A stretch of 64,000 bases of DNA from Saprospiraceae bacterium UBA6168. GTDB lineage: Bacteria > Bacteroidota > Bacteroidia > Chitinophagales > Saprospiraceae. Within the stretch, counting starts at the first letter, position 1, and every line of letters starts with the position of its first letter. The stretch spans positions 63,184 through 127,183 of the forward strand of contig DIUC01000023.1 of the NCBI GenBank assembly GCA_002435785.1, in the 5' to 3' direction. A program made the translations under genes and the position numbers. Under the pieces are notes generated by a model. That model was not told the origin of the DNA, searched no databases, and saw nothing but the letters and a program-made list of their open reading frames with translations. This document shows, one piece after another, positions 20,501 through 28,677 of this stretch.

Positions 20501-20902
20501 TTGCAATTGGCCGACCTATACATGCGTTCCGGCAGGTTTAATGAGGCAAAGGCGTTGTTGGACAAAGCTTGGGACATCCATCCCGAACCCATTCCCGGCT
20601 TGCCCGAACTTACTGGGAAGCTGCACCAACTCCAAGGCGAAACAGCCAAGGCCATTGATTTTTATGAACAAGCAAATGGGCTGGAAAGGGAATATGACGA
20701 TGGCAGCCTCTGCTACACCCTCGCCCGCATGAACGCCCGTATGGGCAATAAAGAAGGGACATTAAACTGGATAGAACTTGCATATAAGAATGGCTTTCGA
20801 TATCCGAGGGTGCTGAAGTATGACCCGGATATGGACAAGTTCCGGCAGGATGCGGATTTTGTGGAGGTGTTAGGGAGATGCCCGGAGTCGGTTTGGGATT
20901 GA
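17591..20902 (+). CDS. Secreted caspase-family (peptidase C14) protein with a long TPR array (paralogue 3)
   Basis: Signal peptide MRNILLLTLCLFSHFLLAQ. IIYFSGHGD and VILDACRSGK. Collinear with paralogue 2 over the full length. Confidence 0.85.
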   Translation: MRNILLLTLCLFSHFLLAQITPRTGTDDGAQPLRVGEGNETRALIIGISDYKDDGIGDLRFANRDAEIFASYLQSEAGGALPDVNIWRMTNQEATLGAIDNALDWLIKETKKGDKVIIYFSGHGDVERRTLWQRGYLLVYDTPANNFRNNAVRVEELDEIVKTLSVGNEAKVVVILDACRSGKLATAGPQLTAEQLEKQVENEVRILSCKPDQKSLESELWGEGRGLFSFYLVNGLKGLADKGSFPDNVVTFDELREYIKTNMDKALSDPAITARQNPVFVGDETFELAEVRPDMLAEASQEMGLAMASPAGASGKGVVEKSPGAPSPGKDDALIQFTQAVDLGKLTEDPSFKIAVEAADPAVLLRFFTQKIRTVEDENGANEVSKDAKSAFLSAIERAENDAPLRQQLQQLLAARLHDQVQEVISDYLRGDARELDKRHYADQAEKYVQYPLMLRAAMQLLPKSHLLYRKVEVKYYYFDGVCTRLASLMSEDHMSKIPEALEKQKKALALDDKAAYIHNELGLLHWMQKDLKAAKSHFETAAELAPNWALPLANLCALLLETGDFAKSEEYGKRAQALQPDYFGTYVNLGYLAEKQHDLLKAETLYRKARSLNDPHYLPFERRAYLQIETARYKEADWQFLEMELRKQGTVAPLKRFTVVASPEFNIYPDFEYPSLSGPGVVHKKPKTAEEFFMTGKAYFEQEQPDKAEPFFRQAMRLAPNHLEVFYYLGKICYDQRRYEEAELYFGRLVRLRPEVEFMPFFLAEVYRDWQRPVEEEAIYRKFINQSKNEDVLRTAYLSLSKLMNGQGRYPEQELLLWKFFEIDRKPARGELSMFYYSMVQLFPNNPDWLYRQANYQYHHAGHALGVWTMKELVKIDSTYPANAFIHARVGKYYLEYGEQPYLNETDERWQNDIPKAIAHLEQSVRLAPTLPTAKYELATAYLLLFRYAEALALLESLRDSNDLHTASRLQLADLYMRSGRFNEAKALLDKAWDIHPEPIPGLPELTGKLHQLQGETAKAIDFYEQANGLEREYDDGSLCYTLARMNARMGNKEGTLNWIELAYKNGFRYPRVLKYDPDMDKFRQDADFVEVLGRCPESVWD

Positions 20903-21027
20903 GGGATGGCCGCAGTTAGCTACTAAGATGCGGTCAGTGTCAGAAAAAGGAAGGGCGAAGGTGGTGCATTTGAAGTATGGGAGGGTGACGCCGTAAATTG
21001 GAACATTTAGCACCCCCCATCTGCATA

Positions 21028-21648
21028 TCACGACGCAGCAACATTACCTATAGAATTGGAAGGCGAACTGCGCACATTATTGGTGCTCAATGTTATCAAA
21101 TATACTTCGACCTTCGTTAAAGATGGAAAGCCAGTAGCCAATATTTGCTTGCTGCGGCGCCTTACCTTAAATACGCCTTTAATAACGTCGGTACCACCAT
21201 GCACGCAATGCACTTCATAGCCTGTATTGCCAGGTATGGTAGCCTTCAAGGTGAGCAACAATTGGCCCGCAATACCCGTGGGTACTGCACTTACCAATTC
21301 AGCGGCTGCAATATGTGTGCGAGTCGTCCGCCCCCGCTTGCTTGGTGTGAAGCCGCTCAAGTCTTCCTTTGCCTCATCACCGTTGCATAAAGCGTCGGCC
21401 ATAGGGCGTATTTCATCCAGCTTCTTTACGACCAGCGACATATTGTCGGCCATTATTTTATTGGTATTCTTGGTGCGTTGGTTCCTTGGCAAGATGCTGT
21501 TCGCCAGCGCCGTGTTCAGCGTGGTCAATATGGCCAAGGCAGCAGCAAGGGTAGAAAAGAAGGCATTGCCCAGGCCCGTAACAACCCCGTCTGTAAAGTC
21601 GTTCAATCTTTGTGCACCGTAGTCGTTGTAATCACGAAGTAAAGACAT
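21028..21648 (-). CDS. Hypothetical protein (orphan)
   Basis: 206-aa ORF with no recognisable motif. A candidate -7 box (TAAATTTG on the minus strand, 21725-21732) lies upstream. Confidence 0.4.
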   Translation of the reverse strand: MSLLRDYNDYGAQRLNDFTDGVVTGLGNAFFSTLAAALAILTTLNTALANSILPRNQRTKNTNKIMADNMSLVVKKLDEIRPMADALCNGDEAKEDLSGFTPSKRGRTTRTHIAAAELVSAVPTGIAGQLLLTLKATIPGNTGYEVHCVHGGTDVIKGVFKVRRRSKQILATGFPSLTKVEVYLITLSTNNVRSSPSNSIGNVAAS

Positions 21649-21943
21649 GGCAATGGAGTTTAGCGGCTGGTTCCAAGGAGCTTATGGCAGCACGTTGAAA
21701 CCTTCAATTTTTTATTTATTGACACAAATTTATATTCTTGAAAAATAATTGTCAATAGGCAAGCCCAAATTTGTGACATTTTTTTTTCAAAACACCCTAA
21801 AATTTTTCATCACCAATACTAATGTGTAAAATCCCAATTCCTGTGAAAAAAAATTTACTGTCACCCCCTCAAAAATCCAAAAACACAGCATTTATTGGCC
21901 TTCCTGCCCCTAAATGGCCCTGGCCCCATCATTCCTTCCGGCC

Positions 21944-22069
21944 TCCAGCTTCTACCTGGCGTATTCCAGCCTCTACCTGGCGTATTCCAGCTTTTTTCTG
22001 GAGTGCGCAAGCTACTTCCTTGAGTCTTCCAGATTTTTTCTGGAGTGCGCCAGCTTCTTCAAGGAGTCC
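21944..22069 (+). repeat. Tandem repeats: 2 x 21 bp then 2 x 42 bp, all starting TCCAG
   Basis: 21944-21964 and 21965-21985 (tccagc[t/c]tctacctggcgtat). 21986-22027 and 22028-22069 (tccag.ttttttctggagtgcgc.agct.cttc...). Confidence 0.85.
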
Positions 22070-22080
22070 TCCAAGAAGCG

Positions 22081-22235
22081 TGGTTTGGGTATTGCAAGCG
22101 ATGGGTTTTGGGGGAGTGAGGGGGGTGGGGTGTGACGTGGGATTTGGGGGAGAGGGTGAAAAAAAATGGGGTTTTGGTGGAAGGGGGGCTTTGATTTTTG
22201 AGGGTGGGTTTGGGTGCGATGGGGGCTTTGTTTCC
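22081..22235 (+). repeat. G-run-rich tract (many GGG-GGGGGG runs on the + strand)
   Basis: Sequence such as tgggttttgggggagtgaggggggtggggtgtgacgtgggatttgggggagagggtg. The ORFs overlapping it are low-complexity translations. Confidence 0.7.
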
Positions 22236-22264
22236 AAACCTCATTAAATGTCGAATAATGGGAT

Positions 22265-24310
22265 TTAATTCATAACTATAAACTTCTTTATTCCAATGCC
22301 GCCAGTGCCATCCATCATTCTGAGCCAATATATCCCACTTACAAGGTTTGGTAATTCAAGAATTGATGGGGGGCTATTAAATGTCGTCGAATAAAGGGAC
22401 TTGCCATTGGAGTTGAATAATTCAATGGTAGTATTTCTTAATGGAACTTTCGATTTCAGGATAATAGAAACCGATTTTTTTGCGGGGTTGGGGTAAATGT
22501 CAAAAGTTATGAAACTAGGCTGAATCTCCTTTGCCGCTACATTTTCATCCACCGTATTCCAAATGGTATTCGTCAAAACTGGCTCATTAAAATCAAAGTA
22601 AATAGCCGCATTGTTTTCAAGTAAAGTACCATTGGGCAAGTCAGGTATTTGATTCAGAAAGAAATTGACAAAGCCGTGAGAACCGGCCTCATTGGTAGTA
22701 CTATCCGGCAAAAGAATGTTCTCAAACCGTAGTCTCAAAACGCTTTTTTCTATAGTCCATGAAAAAGGATGACTTGAAGCGCCCATTCTGAGCGACGTAA
22801 GGTCAAGCATTGGGGAAATTGTGTCAACGATAACGACCGAAAAAGCGGTATCAGTACCCGTGTTTTGAAAGCGGATTTGATATTTCAGTGGTTGATTGGG
22901 AAGTATTGTAAATTCCTCACCAACTCCTTTCGGGAATACCTTTTTATCGTTTGGGTCGAAGCTACCAATGTTGTTTTGACATTCAGTCGTGAAGGATTGA
23001 ATAGGCCTGGCACCGTTACATAGCGTATCCGGGAAAATTTGGGCGGAGTAGCAATGCTCCTGACCAAGGGTGGCTTGGCAATCTAACATGACTTGAATAT
23101 TAAAATCCCCACATTCTTGGGCAGCGACCTGTCCGAGGTCAAATATAAGCACATTACCGTTTTGACTACTAAACGGAACAGAAGAACTTTGATATACAAA
23201 TAATGGATCGAGTTCAACTATAATAGTAACAGGGTTTGCAGCAATGCTGCCACCATTGCAATAATGAATGTATAGTGTATTAGAAAAACATCTTCGTAAA
23301 AACGCAGCAGTTATGTCAACCATCATTGCAGGGCAATCAACGACTGACCTAGCAGCGAAATCAATTATAGTAGTATCTTCAAAGTTTGTTACTTGAATTT
23401 GATTTATATGCGAGCAGATTTCCCAATAATTTATTGGGGGAATGACACTCACTGAATAATCTCCAAGCGGGGCAAACCAATAGTATTCGCCATTTGCATC
23501 AGTTGGCGTAATAAAAGCCCCATTTGAGCCTTGAAACCTTATATTGAAGTCTTTTAATCCGCTTTCCGTCCCTACAACCTGACAATCCTTGTCTTCGTCA
23601 TTTCGCATTTTACCCTTAATGAGCGATTGATAAACATTGCCTTTTAGAAAAACTACATCATCTAAATAGAATTTTGAGTGGTAGTTGAGTGAATTGAAAT
23701 TAATTCCACCCAGTATTTTCAACCCAACATTACCAATTGGGCCGAAATTGCTACTTACTGGCCAGTTGCCTATTTCAATATCGTCAATATACATGGTAAT
23801 CAAATCAGCATCTAAATCAATAATATGCGTCACCTTAAACCAAGTTTCTAAATTAAAACCGAAATAAATATTTTCGGTAAAAGCATCTATTATTCCAATG
23901 CCATCATTGTAGAAAAAAAGCTGAGCACCCCATTCTATGCCAGGGGTTTCATTTTTTTGAAAGTTAAAATAGGCTGCTTCAGCTTCATCACTAACTTTTA
24001 CAAACATATTCCATTCTAAGGTGTAAACACCAGATGACTTATTGCCTAATTTTAGAATAATATTGTCAGAATCAGTAATAAGGAATGACTGCTCTCCATT
24101 TGCAGCTTCTTCATCCGTTATCAAGCCCTCTAAATAGTTAGGATTACTTATACTTTGCAAATCCCATTGTGTCCAATCACCGGAAGGTATGTTTATTGCA
24201 TTTGTTAGCAAGGGAATTCCTTCGAAATCCTCATAAATGATTTGGGCAGGTAGCGCAGTTGTAAACAGGCAACAAAAAATGAAGGCGGATAGAATTTTGA
24301 GTTTGCACAT
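22265..24310 (-). CDS. T9SS-secreted surface protein (type A C-terminal sorting domain)
   Basis: Signal peptide MCKLKILSAFIFCCLFTTALPAQ. DPNDKKVFP...YQIRFQNTGTDTAFSVVIVD block. CTD IYPNPAKKSVSIIL...GIYWLRMMDG...KKFIVMN. Visibly AT-richer than its neighbours. Confidence 0.8.
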   Translation of the reverse strand: MCKLKILSAFIFCCLFTTALPAQIIYEDFEGIPLLTNAINIPSGDWTQWDLQSISNPNYLEGLITDEEAANGEQSFLITDSDNIILKLGNKSSGVYTLEWNMFVKVSDEAEAAYFNFQKNETPGIEWGAQLFFYNDGIGIIDAFTENIYFGFNLETWFKVTHIIDLDADLITMYIDDIEIGNWPVSSNFGPIGNVGLKILGGINFNSLNYHSKFYLDDVVFLKGNVYQSLIKGKMRNDEDKDCQVVGTESGLKDFNIRFQGSNGAFITPTDANGEYYWFAPLGDYSVSVIPPINYWEICSHINQIQVTNFEDTTIIDFAARSVVDCPAMMVDITAAFLRRCFSNTLYIHYCNGGSIAANPVTIIVELDPLFVYQSSSVPFSSQNGNVLIFDLGQVAAQECGDFNIQVMLDCQATLGQEHCYSAQIFPDTLCNGARPIQSFTTECQNNIGSFDPNDKKVFPKGVGEEFTILPNQPLKYQIRFQNTGTDTAFSVVIVDTISPMLDLTSLRMGASSHPFSWTIEKSVLRLRFENILLPDSTTNEAGSHGFVNFFLNQIPDLPNGTLLENNAAIYFDFNEPVLTNTIWNTVDENVAAKEIQPSFITFDIYPNPAKKSVSIILKSKVPLRNTTIELFNSNGKSLYSTTFNSPPSILELPNLVSGIYWLRMMDGTGGIGIKKFIVMN

Positions 24311-24340
24311 GGTTATTGAGTTTTAGACCGAATTGTTTGC

Positions 24341-24348
24341 CAAAGTTA
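24341..24348 (-). promoter_or_regulatory. Candidate -7 box (TAACTTTG on the minus strand)
   Basis: caaagtta on the + strand, 31 nt upstream of the T9SS gene start at 24310. Confidence 0.35.
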
Positions 24349-24484
24349 CTGTCAGAAGTAGCTTTTTCAAATTTTTTTTTGTGCAAACATGGAAAATGCT
24401 AAAAATGGCAGATTGATTTCCCTCTAATTTTAGCTTTAGTGTTAGCACCTTTGGAATTTGCAAAAAAAACTTACCGCACAATTC

Positions 24485-24591
24485 TTCCAAGCCTTCCAAA
24501 AAAGCCCAGTCCCCGCAAGCATTCAGCAAAGCAACACTTGCAGCAGTAAGAACTGTACCCCAGCCTCCACGCATCTCCGATTTCCAACAAT
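24485..24591 (+). repeat. 107-bp dispersed intergenic repeat, copy A
   Basis: Aligns along its whole length, same orientation, with 27874-27980. Most positions are identical (e.g. CCCGCAAGCATTCAGC, TAAGAACTGT, CAGCCTCCACGC.TCTCCGATTTCCAACAAT). Confidence 0.8.
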
Positions 24592-24608
24592 TGCCAATTC
24601 ATCGTTTA

Positions 24609-25391
24609 CTACAACTGGAAGCCCAACCTGATGCCGGATTCTATGCGCAGGATAGTACGCTGAAAATTGCGAACGCCGTTTTGGTAGAAGCCCAAGTCAT
24701 TTCGACCGAGGTCTTGCCGGGTTGATTTATTGAACCTGGCGCCGATGCCAAAGAATATTTCCGAGGTGAGCTTGGGGTGCAGTCTTTGATAGCCAAAGTG
24801 GATGACGAGGTCTATATCCCGTTCGTTTTCTTTTTGCCAAACATTGGGCAACCTGACCTCGGAAGTGGCGGTTTCGTCCACTTGCTGCACCTTGTACTTG
24901 GCTTTTGAGTACCTCAGCACTGGGGCGATGTACCCGCCGTCAAAGCCGCCGCTTTCAAAAAACAACCGGGGCGAAAAGTACAGCAACGGCCCCACTTTTG
25001 ATTCCCGATAGGTGTAGTCAGTGTATTCATCGCAGATGTCGTCGCTCCAAACTGTGCTGTTGCAAGCATCATCGCTACCATTTAATTCGTCAAACAAGCT
25101 GGTGTAGGAATACCCAACCAACGACTTGAACCGGGCGCCTATACCGGCCTGAAGGCTGAGGTAATCGTTTATTTCCTTTTCTGCCTCTACCCATTGGGCA
25201 CCAAAGACGAACGAAATTGGGTTCGTCTTGACAATGAGGCCATTATGGTTTTGTGGTTTCCGGGTTGCTGTTTGGTCTTCTTCCCCAAATTCAATGATTT
25301 GGATGTCTTTTCCTTGCTTCTCCTTTTGAGCTGAAAGCGGGAATGATGCACATAAGAATAGGAGGCAAGCAATGGCGAATTTGATATTCAT
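24609..25391 (-). CDS. Putative outer-membrane beta-barrel protein
   Basis: Start at 25391 gives the signal peptide MNIKFAIACLLFLCASFPLSAQ. Alternating hydrophobic pattern. C-terminal ...GIRLGFQL. Confidence 0.45.
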   Translation of the reverse strand: MNIKFAIACLLFLCASFPLSAQKEKQGKDIQIIEFGEEDQTATRKPQNHNGLIVKTNPISFVFGAQWVEAEKEINDYLSLQAGIGARFKSLVGYSYTSLFDELNGSDDACNSTVWSDDICDEYTDYTYRESKVGPLLYFSPRLFFESGGFDGGYIAPVLRYSKAKYKVQQVDETATSEVRLPNVWQKENERDIDLVIHFGYQRLHPKLTSEIFFGIGARFNKSTRQDLGRNDLGFYQNGVRNFQRTILRIESGIRLGFQL

Positions 25392-25630
25392 TGGATATAC
25401 GATTTTGTTAAAAGCGGACATAATTACTGTATGCACAACAGTTTTGCGTGAAAAACTGGAGGGTGGGGGAGCGCCTTTTTGATTAAATTCAGTTTTCACG
25501 CTGCTGCGACTTGGGGCAAAATTAGCTTGATTTTAGCCAACAACGATTAGAAAATGCTTGTTTTTGATAATTTTTTGTGAAACAAACACGATAAATGGCT
25601 GGGTTTGCTTTGTGAAACAGACATCCTGCC

Positions 25631-25638
25631 TATTTTTG
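25631..25638 (+). promoter_or_regulatory. Candidate -7 box (TATTTTTG)
   Basis: Exact TAnnTTTG 44 nt upstream of ATG 25682. Confidence 0.3.
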
Positions 25639-25681
25639 CAGCGATATGGTTCACGTAATTGATAACAAATTTAAATCTGCC

Positions 25682-27259
25682 ATGATACGATTATTGTTCG
25701 TTTGCGCTTCCTTGCTGCTTTTTTTGCCAATGGAGGCCTTGTTTGCACAAAAAGCCTCCGTGCAGTTAAGTCCAGAGTTCAAACTGCCCAAACGGAAGAT
25801 TTTCAAAGGGCATTTATACTCCGACGCATCCAGCCATTATGTTTATTTCAATGAATATGGCTCAGGGAAGCAGGCCACGGTCATCCTTGAAAAATTTGAT
25901 TCAAAGTTCGGGCTTGTTTATAGCAAGGAATTCAAATCGAGCAAGGAAAATACGACTACTTTAGGTATTAAATATTTAAAGGGCGGTTTGGCATGGCTTG
26001 TATCGGAACGGAGTAAAAAAGATGATTACCTGAAATATCACCTTGCGCCTATATCATTTGATGGGAAAATGGGAAAGGCCTCACAAATAGCCAATTTCCC
26101 CTACGAAGGCAGAAGGGACGAGCCTGATGCCGAATGGATAACTTCTGCCGATACCAGCAAGGTGTTGTTCACCGCCGTATCCGACAAAAACCGGGACGAA
26201 GATAAACTGGAAATATACCTGAGCGTGGTGGACAATAACTTTCAGACCCTTTGGGACAGGAAAGTCAAATTGGACAAGACGGAGGAGCAGGTGGAAGTAA
26301 AAGAATGGGTATTAACTGCCGACGGCGACGTGTTTATGTTGGCCAAAATATATGATAGCGATAAGGCGAAAGAAAGCAAGAAGGGCAAAAAAGGAAAAGC
26401 CGCCGGATATCACATGGAAATATACCATTTTTCCAAGGCTAAACCGGAGCCTGCCCAATATGCCCTGAAATTGGGCGAATCATTCATCAAAGGCTCCACG
26501 ATTGCCACTAATCAGGTCGGCGAACTGGTAGCTATCGGCTTTTTTGCCAATACCCTCAAAGGCTCTACGTCCGGCATTTTCTATATGCGGATGTCCCCGA
26601 CGGATGGTAGCGTGCTGGCAGTAAAAAAGCATGGTTTTTCGTCGAAGGAAATAGAAATATTGGGAGAAGATAATACCTCAAAGGATAACGAAGGCGAAGA
26701 CGGCATAGACGCAAGCTTTAAATTCAAGGACATTTTGTTTAGGGCCGACGGCAGTACGCTCGTGACGGCTGAAGAGAACTTCGTGGAAACAAGGACATAC
26801 TATAATGCATCTTCCAAAACATGGGATACGAGGTATGTGTATTATAGCAAGGATATTATAGCCTTTAATATTGGTAAAACCGGAGAAATCAACAATACCA
26901 CCCTAATACCCAAACGCCAGAAATTTTCGACGCCTACGTTTGAGTATTTTACCACATTGGTAAATAAGGACGATGTTTATTTCTTCTACAATGATGATGC
27001 GGACAATCTGAAAAAGCCCATTGGTTCAAAACCAAAATACATCAGCAGTTTCAAGGATTGTACTGCCGTGATGACAAAGCTGGATTCCGAAGGCAAGTTG
27101 GACCGGAAGAAAATATTGGATTCAAGTGATGCGGAGGCCCTTTTTGTGCCATCCAATAGTCGGCAGTTCAGTGAAAATCAACTGTTTTTTGTCTGTATGA
27201 AATTCAGGTTGTTGGCCGCATCCGACTTTAGGATGGGCGTAGTTTCGTTAATTGACTAA
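25682..27259 (+). CDS. Secreted hypothetical protein (~525 aa)
   Basis: Signal peptide MIRLLFVCASLLLFLPMEALFAQ (start 25682 inside ORF 25646). Beta-rich, with a Lys-rich insert KAKESKKGKKGKAAG. No known motif recognised. Confidence 0.55.
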   Translation: MIRLLFVCASLLLFLPMEALFAQKASVQLSPEFKLPKRKIFKGHLYSDASSHYVYFNEYGSGKQATVILEKFDSKFGLVYSKEFKSSKENTTTLGIKYLKGGLAWLVSERSKKDDYLKYHLAPISFDGKMGKASQIANFPYEGRRDEPDAEWITSADTSKVLFTAVSDKNRDEDKLEIYLSVVDNNFQTLWDRKVKLDKTEEQVEVKEWVLTADGDVFMLAKIYDSDKAKESKKGKKGKAAGYHMEIYHFSKAKPEPAQYALKLGESFIKGSTIATNQVGELVAIGFFANTLKGSTSGIFYMRMSPTDGSVLAVKKHGFSSKEIEILGEDNTSKDNEGEDGIDASFKFKDILFRADGSTLVTAEENFVETRTYYNASSKTWDTRYVYYSKDIIAFNIGKTGEINNTTLIPKRQKFSTPTFEYFTTLVNKDDVYFFYNDDADNLKKPIGSKPKYISSFKDCTAVMTKLDSEGKLDRKKILDSSDAEALFVPSNSRQFSENQLFFVCMKFRLLAASDFRMGVVSLID

Positions 27260-27336
27260 ATGGATCACTTTTCCTCTTGCCACCATTTACCAGGCTTTTT
27301 TTACATTTACTTTTTTTTCACTCAACCTATTTTCCA

Positions 27337-27795
27337 ATGAATCTTGACATGATAATGAGCCGGGACACGAGAGCCTTTGAGGTCTGGAAAGCCGAATTTG
27401 AAAAACTAACCGTTCGAGTAACAGAAATCTTGCCGACCCTGGCCGAACGCCGGGAGGAGATTTTGAAGGAACAGGAGCGCTACCTTGAAGACGAGGCCGG
27501 TGGTTACTTTCTGACCACCGACTGGGAAATAGACCTCGGCGTTTTTTTGGACACTGGCAACACCCCTTCTCATTACAGCGAGCTGGAGTTTTATGCCCGC
27601 ATACTGTTTTATTCCCAAATCATGCAAGGGGTTATTAGAAAGAGGCTCTTGGAATTGGAGGAGCGGTTAGTTTCCGCAGCCGACTATTTTTTCTTCCATG
27701 TGAAGGACCTTGCCGAGCAGGGCAACGAGGAGGCCAAAAAAGTTTATGAAGAACTAAAAATCCTGCGCCAGGGCTTGGATAAACCCTTAGATTAA
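27337..27795 (+). CDS. Hypothetical cytoplasmic helical protein, tandem paralogue A
   Basis: Start at 27337 (MNLDMIMSRDTR) matches the start of paralogue B. Shares EEILKEQER.LEDEAGGYFLT.DWEIDLGVFLDTG.TPSHYSELEFYAR with 28044-28496. Confidence 0.55.
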   Translation: MNLDMIMSRDTRAFEVWKAEFEKLTVRVTEILPTLAERREEILKEQERYLEDEAGGYFLTTDWEIDLGVFLDTGNTPSHYSELEFYARILFYSQIMQGVIRKRLLELEERLVSAADYFFFHVKDLAEQGNEEAKKVYEELKILRQGLDKPLD

Positions 27796-27803
27796 ACTGC
27801 CTC

Positions 27804-27834
27804 AGTTCTTGCAAGTTGCATACTTGCAAGAACT
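27804..27834 (+). terminator. Stable hairpin after paralogue A (no U-tract)
   Basis: Perfect 12-bp stem agttcttgcaag / cttgcaagaact with a 7-nt loop. Confidence 0.45.
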
Positions 27835-27873
27835 ATAGTGCCTACGTTAGTTAGGATGTTCCCCAACCAGTTA

Positions 27874-27980
27874 TTCCAACGCTTCCAAAAAATCACAGTT
27901 CCCGCAAGCATTCAGCCAAGCCGCATTTGCAGCGCTAAGAACTGTCGCTCAGCCTCCACGCCTCTCCGATTTCCAACAAT
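27874..27980 (+). repeat. 107-bp dispersed intergenic repeat, copy B
   Basis: See copy A (24485-24591). Followed directly by four tandem heptamers ctcaatt ctcaatt ttcaatt ttaaatt (27981-28008). Confidence 0.8.
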
Positions 27981-28043
27981 CTCAATTCTCAATTTTCAAT
28001 TTTAAATTATCTTCGCCTATATTTTCACTCAACCTATTTTCCA

Positions 28044-28496
28044 ATGAATCTTGAAATGATTTTGAGCCGGGACACGAGAGACCAGGCGGTCGTTACTGCT
28101 GAATTAGAAAAACTCACTGTACGTTTGAAGGAAATCTTGCCAACCCTGACCGAACACCGGGAGGAGATTTTGAAGGAACAGGAGCGCTTCCTCGAAGATG
28201 AAGCCGGTGGTTACTTTCTGACCAGCGACTGGGAAATAGACCTCGGCGTTTTTCTTGATACCGGCAAGACCCCTTCCCATTACAGCGAACTTGAGTTTTA
28301 CGCCCGCATGTTGTTTTATAATCAAATCATGTACAACGTTACCCAACAAAAGTACAAGGAAGTAGAGGACCGCCTGGTTGCCGCCGCTGACATTCAGTTC
28401 TTCCATCTAAAGGACCTTGCCGAAAAGGGCGACGAGAAAGCCAGAATAATGTACGAAGAACTCAAGAAAGTGCGCCCCGGCGGGGATAAGCCTTGA
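28044..28496 (+). CDS. Hypothetical cytoplasmic helical protein, tandem paralogue B
   Basis: 150 aa. Both the protein and the ~35 nt upstream (ttttcactcaacctattttccaATGaatcttga) duplicate 27302-27795. Confidence 0.6.
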   Translation: MNLEMILSRDTRDQAVVTAELEKLTVRLKEILPTLTEHREEILKEQERFLEDEAGGYFLTSDWEIDLGVFLDTGKTPSHYSELEFYARMLFYNQIMYNVTQQKYKEVEDRLVAAADIQFFHLKDLAEKGDEKARIMYEELKKVRPGGDKP

Positions 28497-28677
28497 TACT
28501 TTCTCTTCTTGGATACAATCAGCATTCAAATATTCTTTTTGAAGCACCCACTAAAAACCTAATTTTGCGGATTGTGTTTAACCAGCACCCAGGCTTGCAA
28601 GAGAAAAGGAATGAATGATGGAATGAGTAAATAACGCTCAACCCACGCCTTTTTTCAACAATAACAAAAGAGCATAA

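Noticed and set aside
21822-22247. ORFs 21822-22247 (+), 21914-22135 (+), 21929-22237 (-) and 22059-22328 (-)
   Set aside because: They are translations of the 21/42-bp tandem repeats and the G-run tract (e.g. SSFYLAY SSLYLAY, AGIRQVE AGIRQVE, proline runs). The region is treated as non-coding.
24323-24574. 83-aa minus-strand ORF
   Set aside because: It overlaps the 107-bp dispersed repeat and the promoter region of the T9SS gene. A counterpart reading frame is not preserved in repeat copy B.
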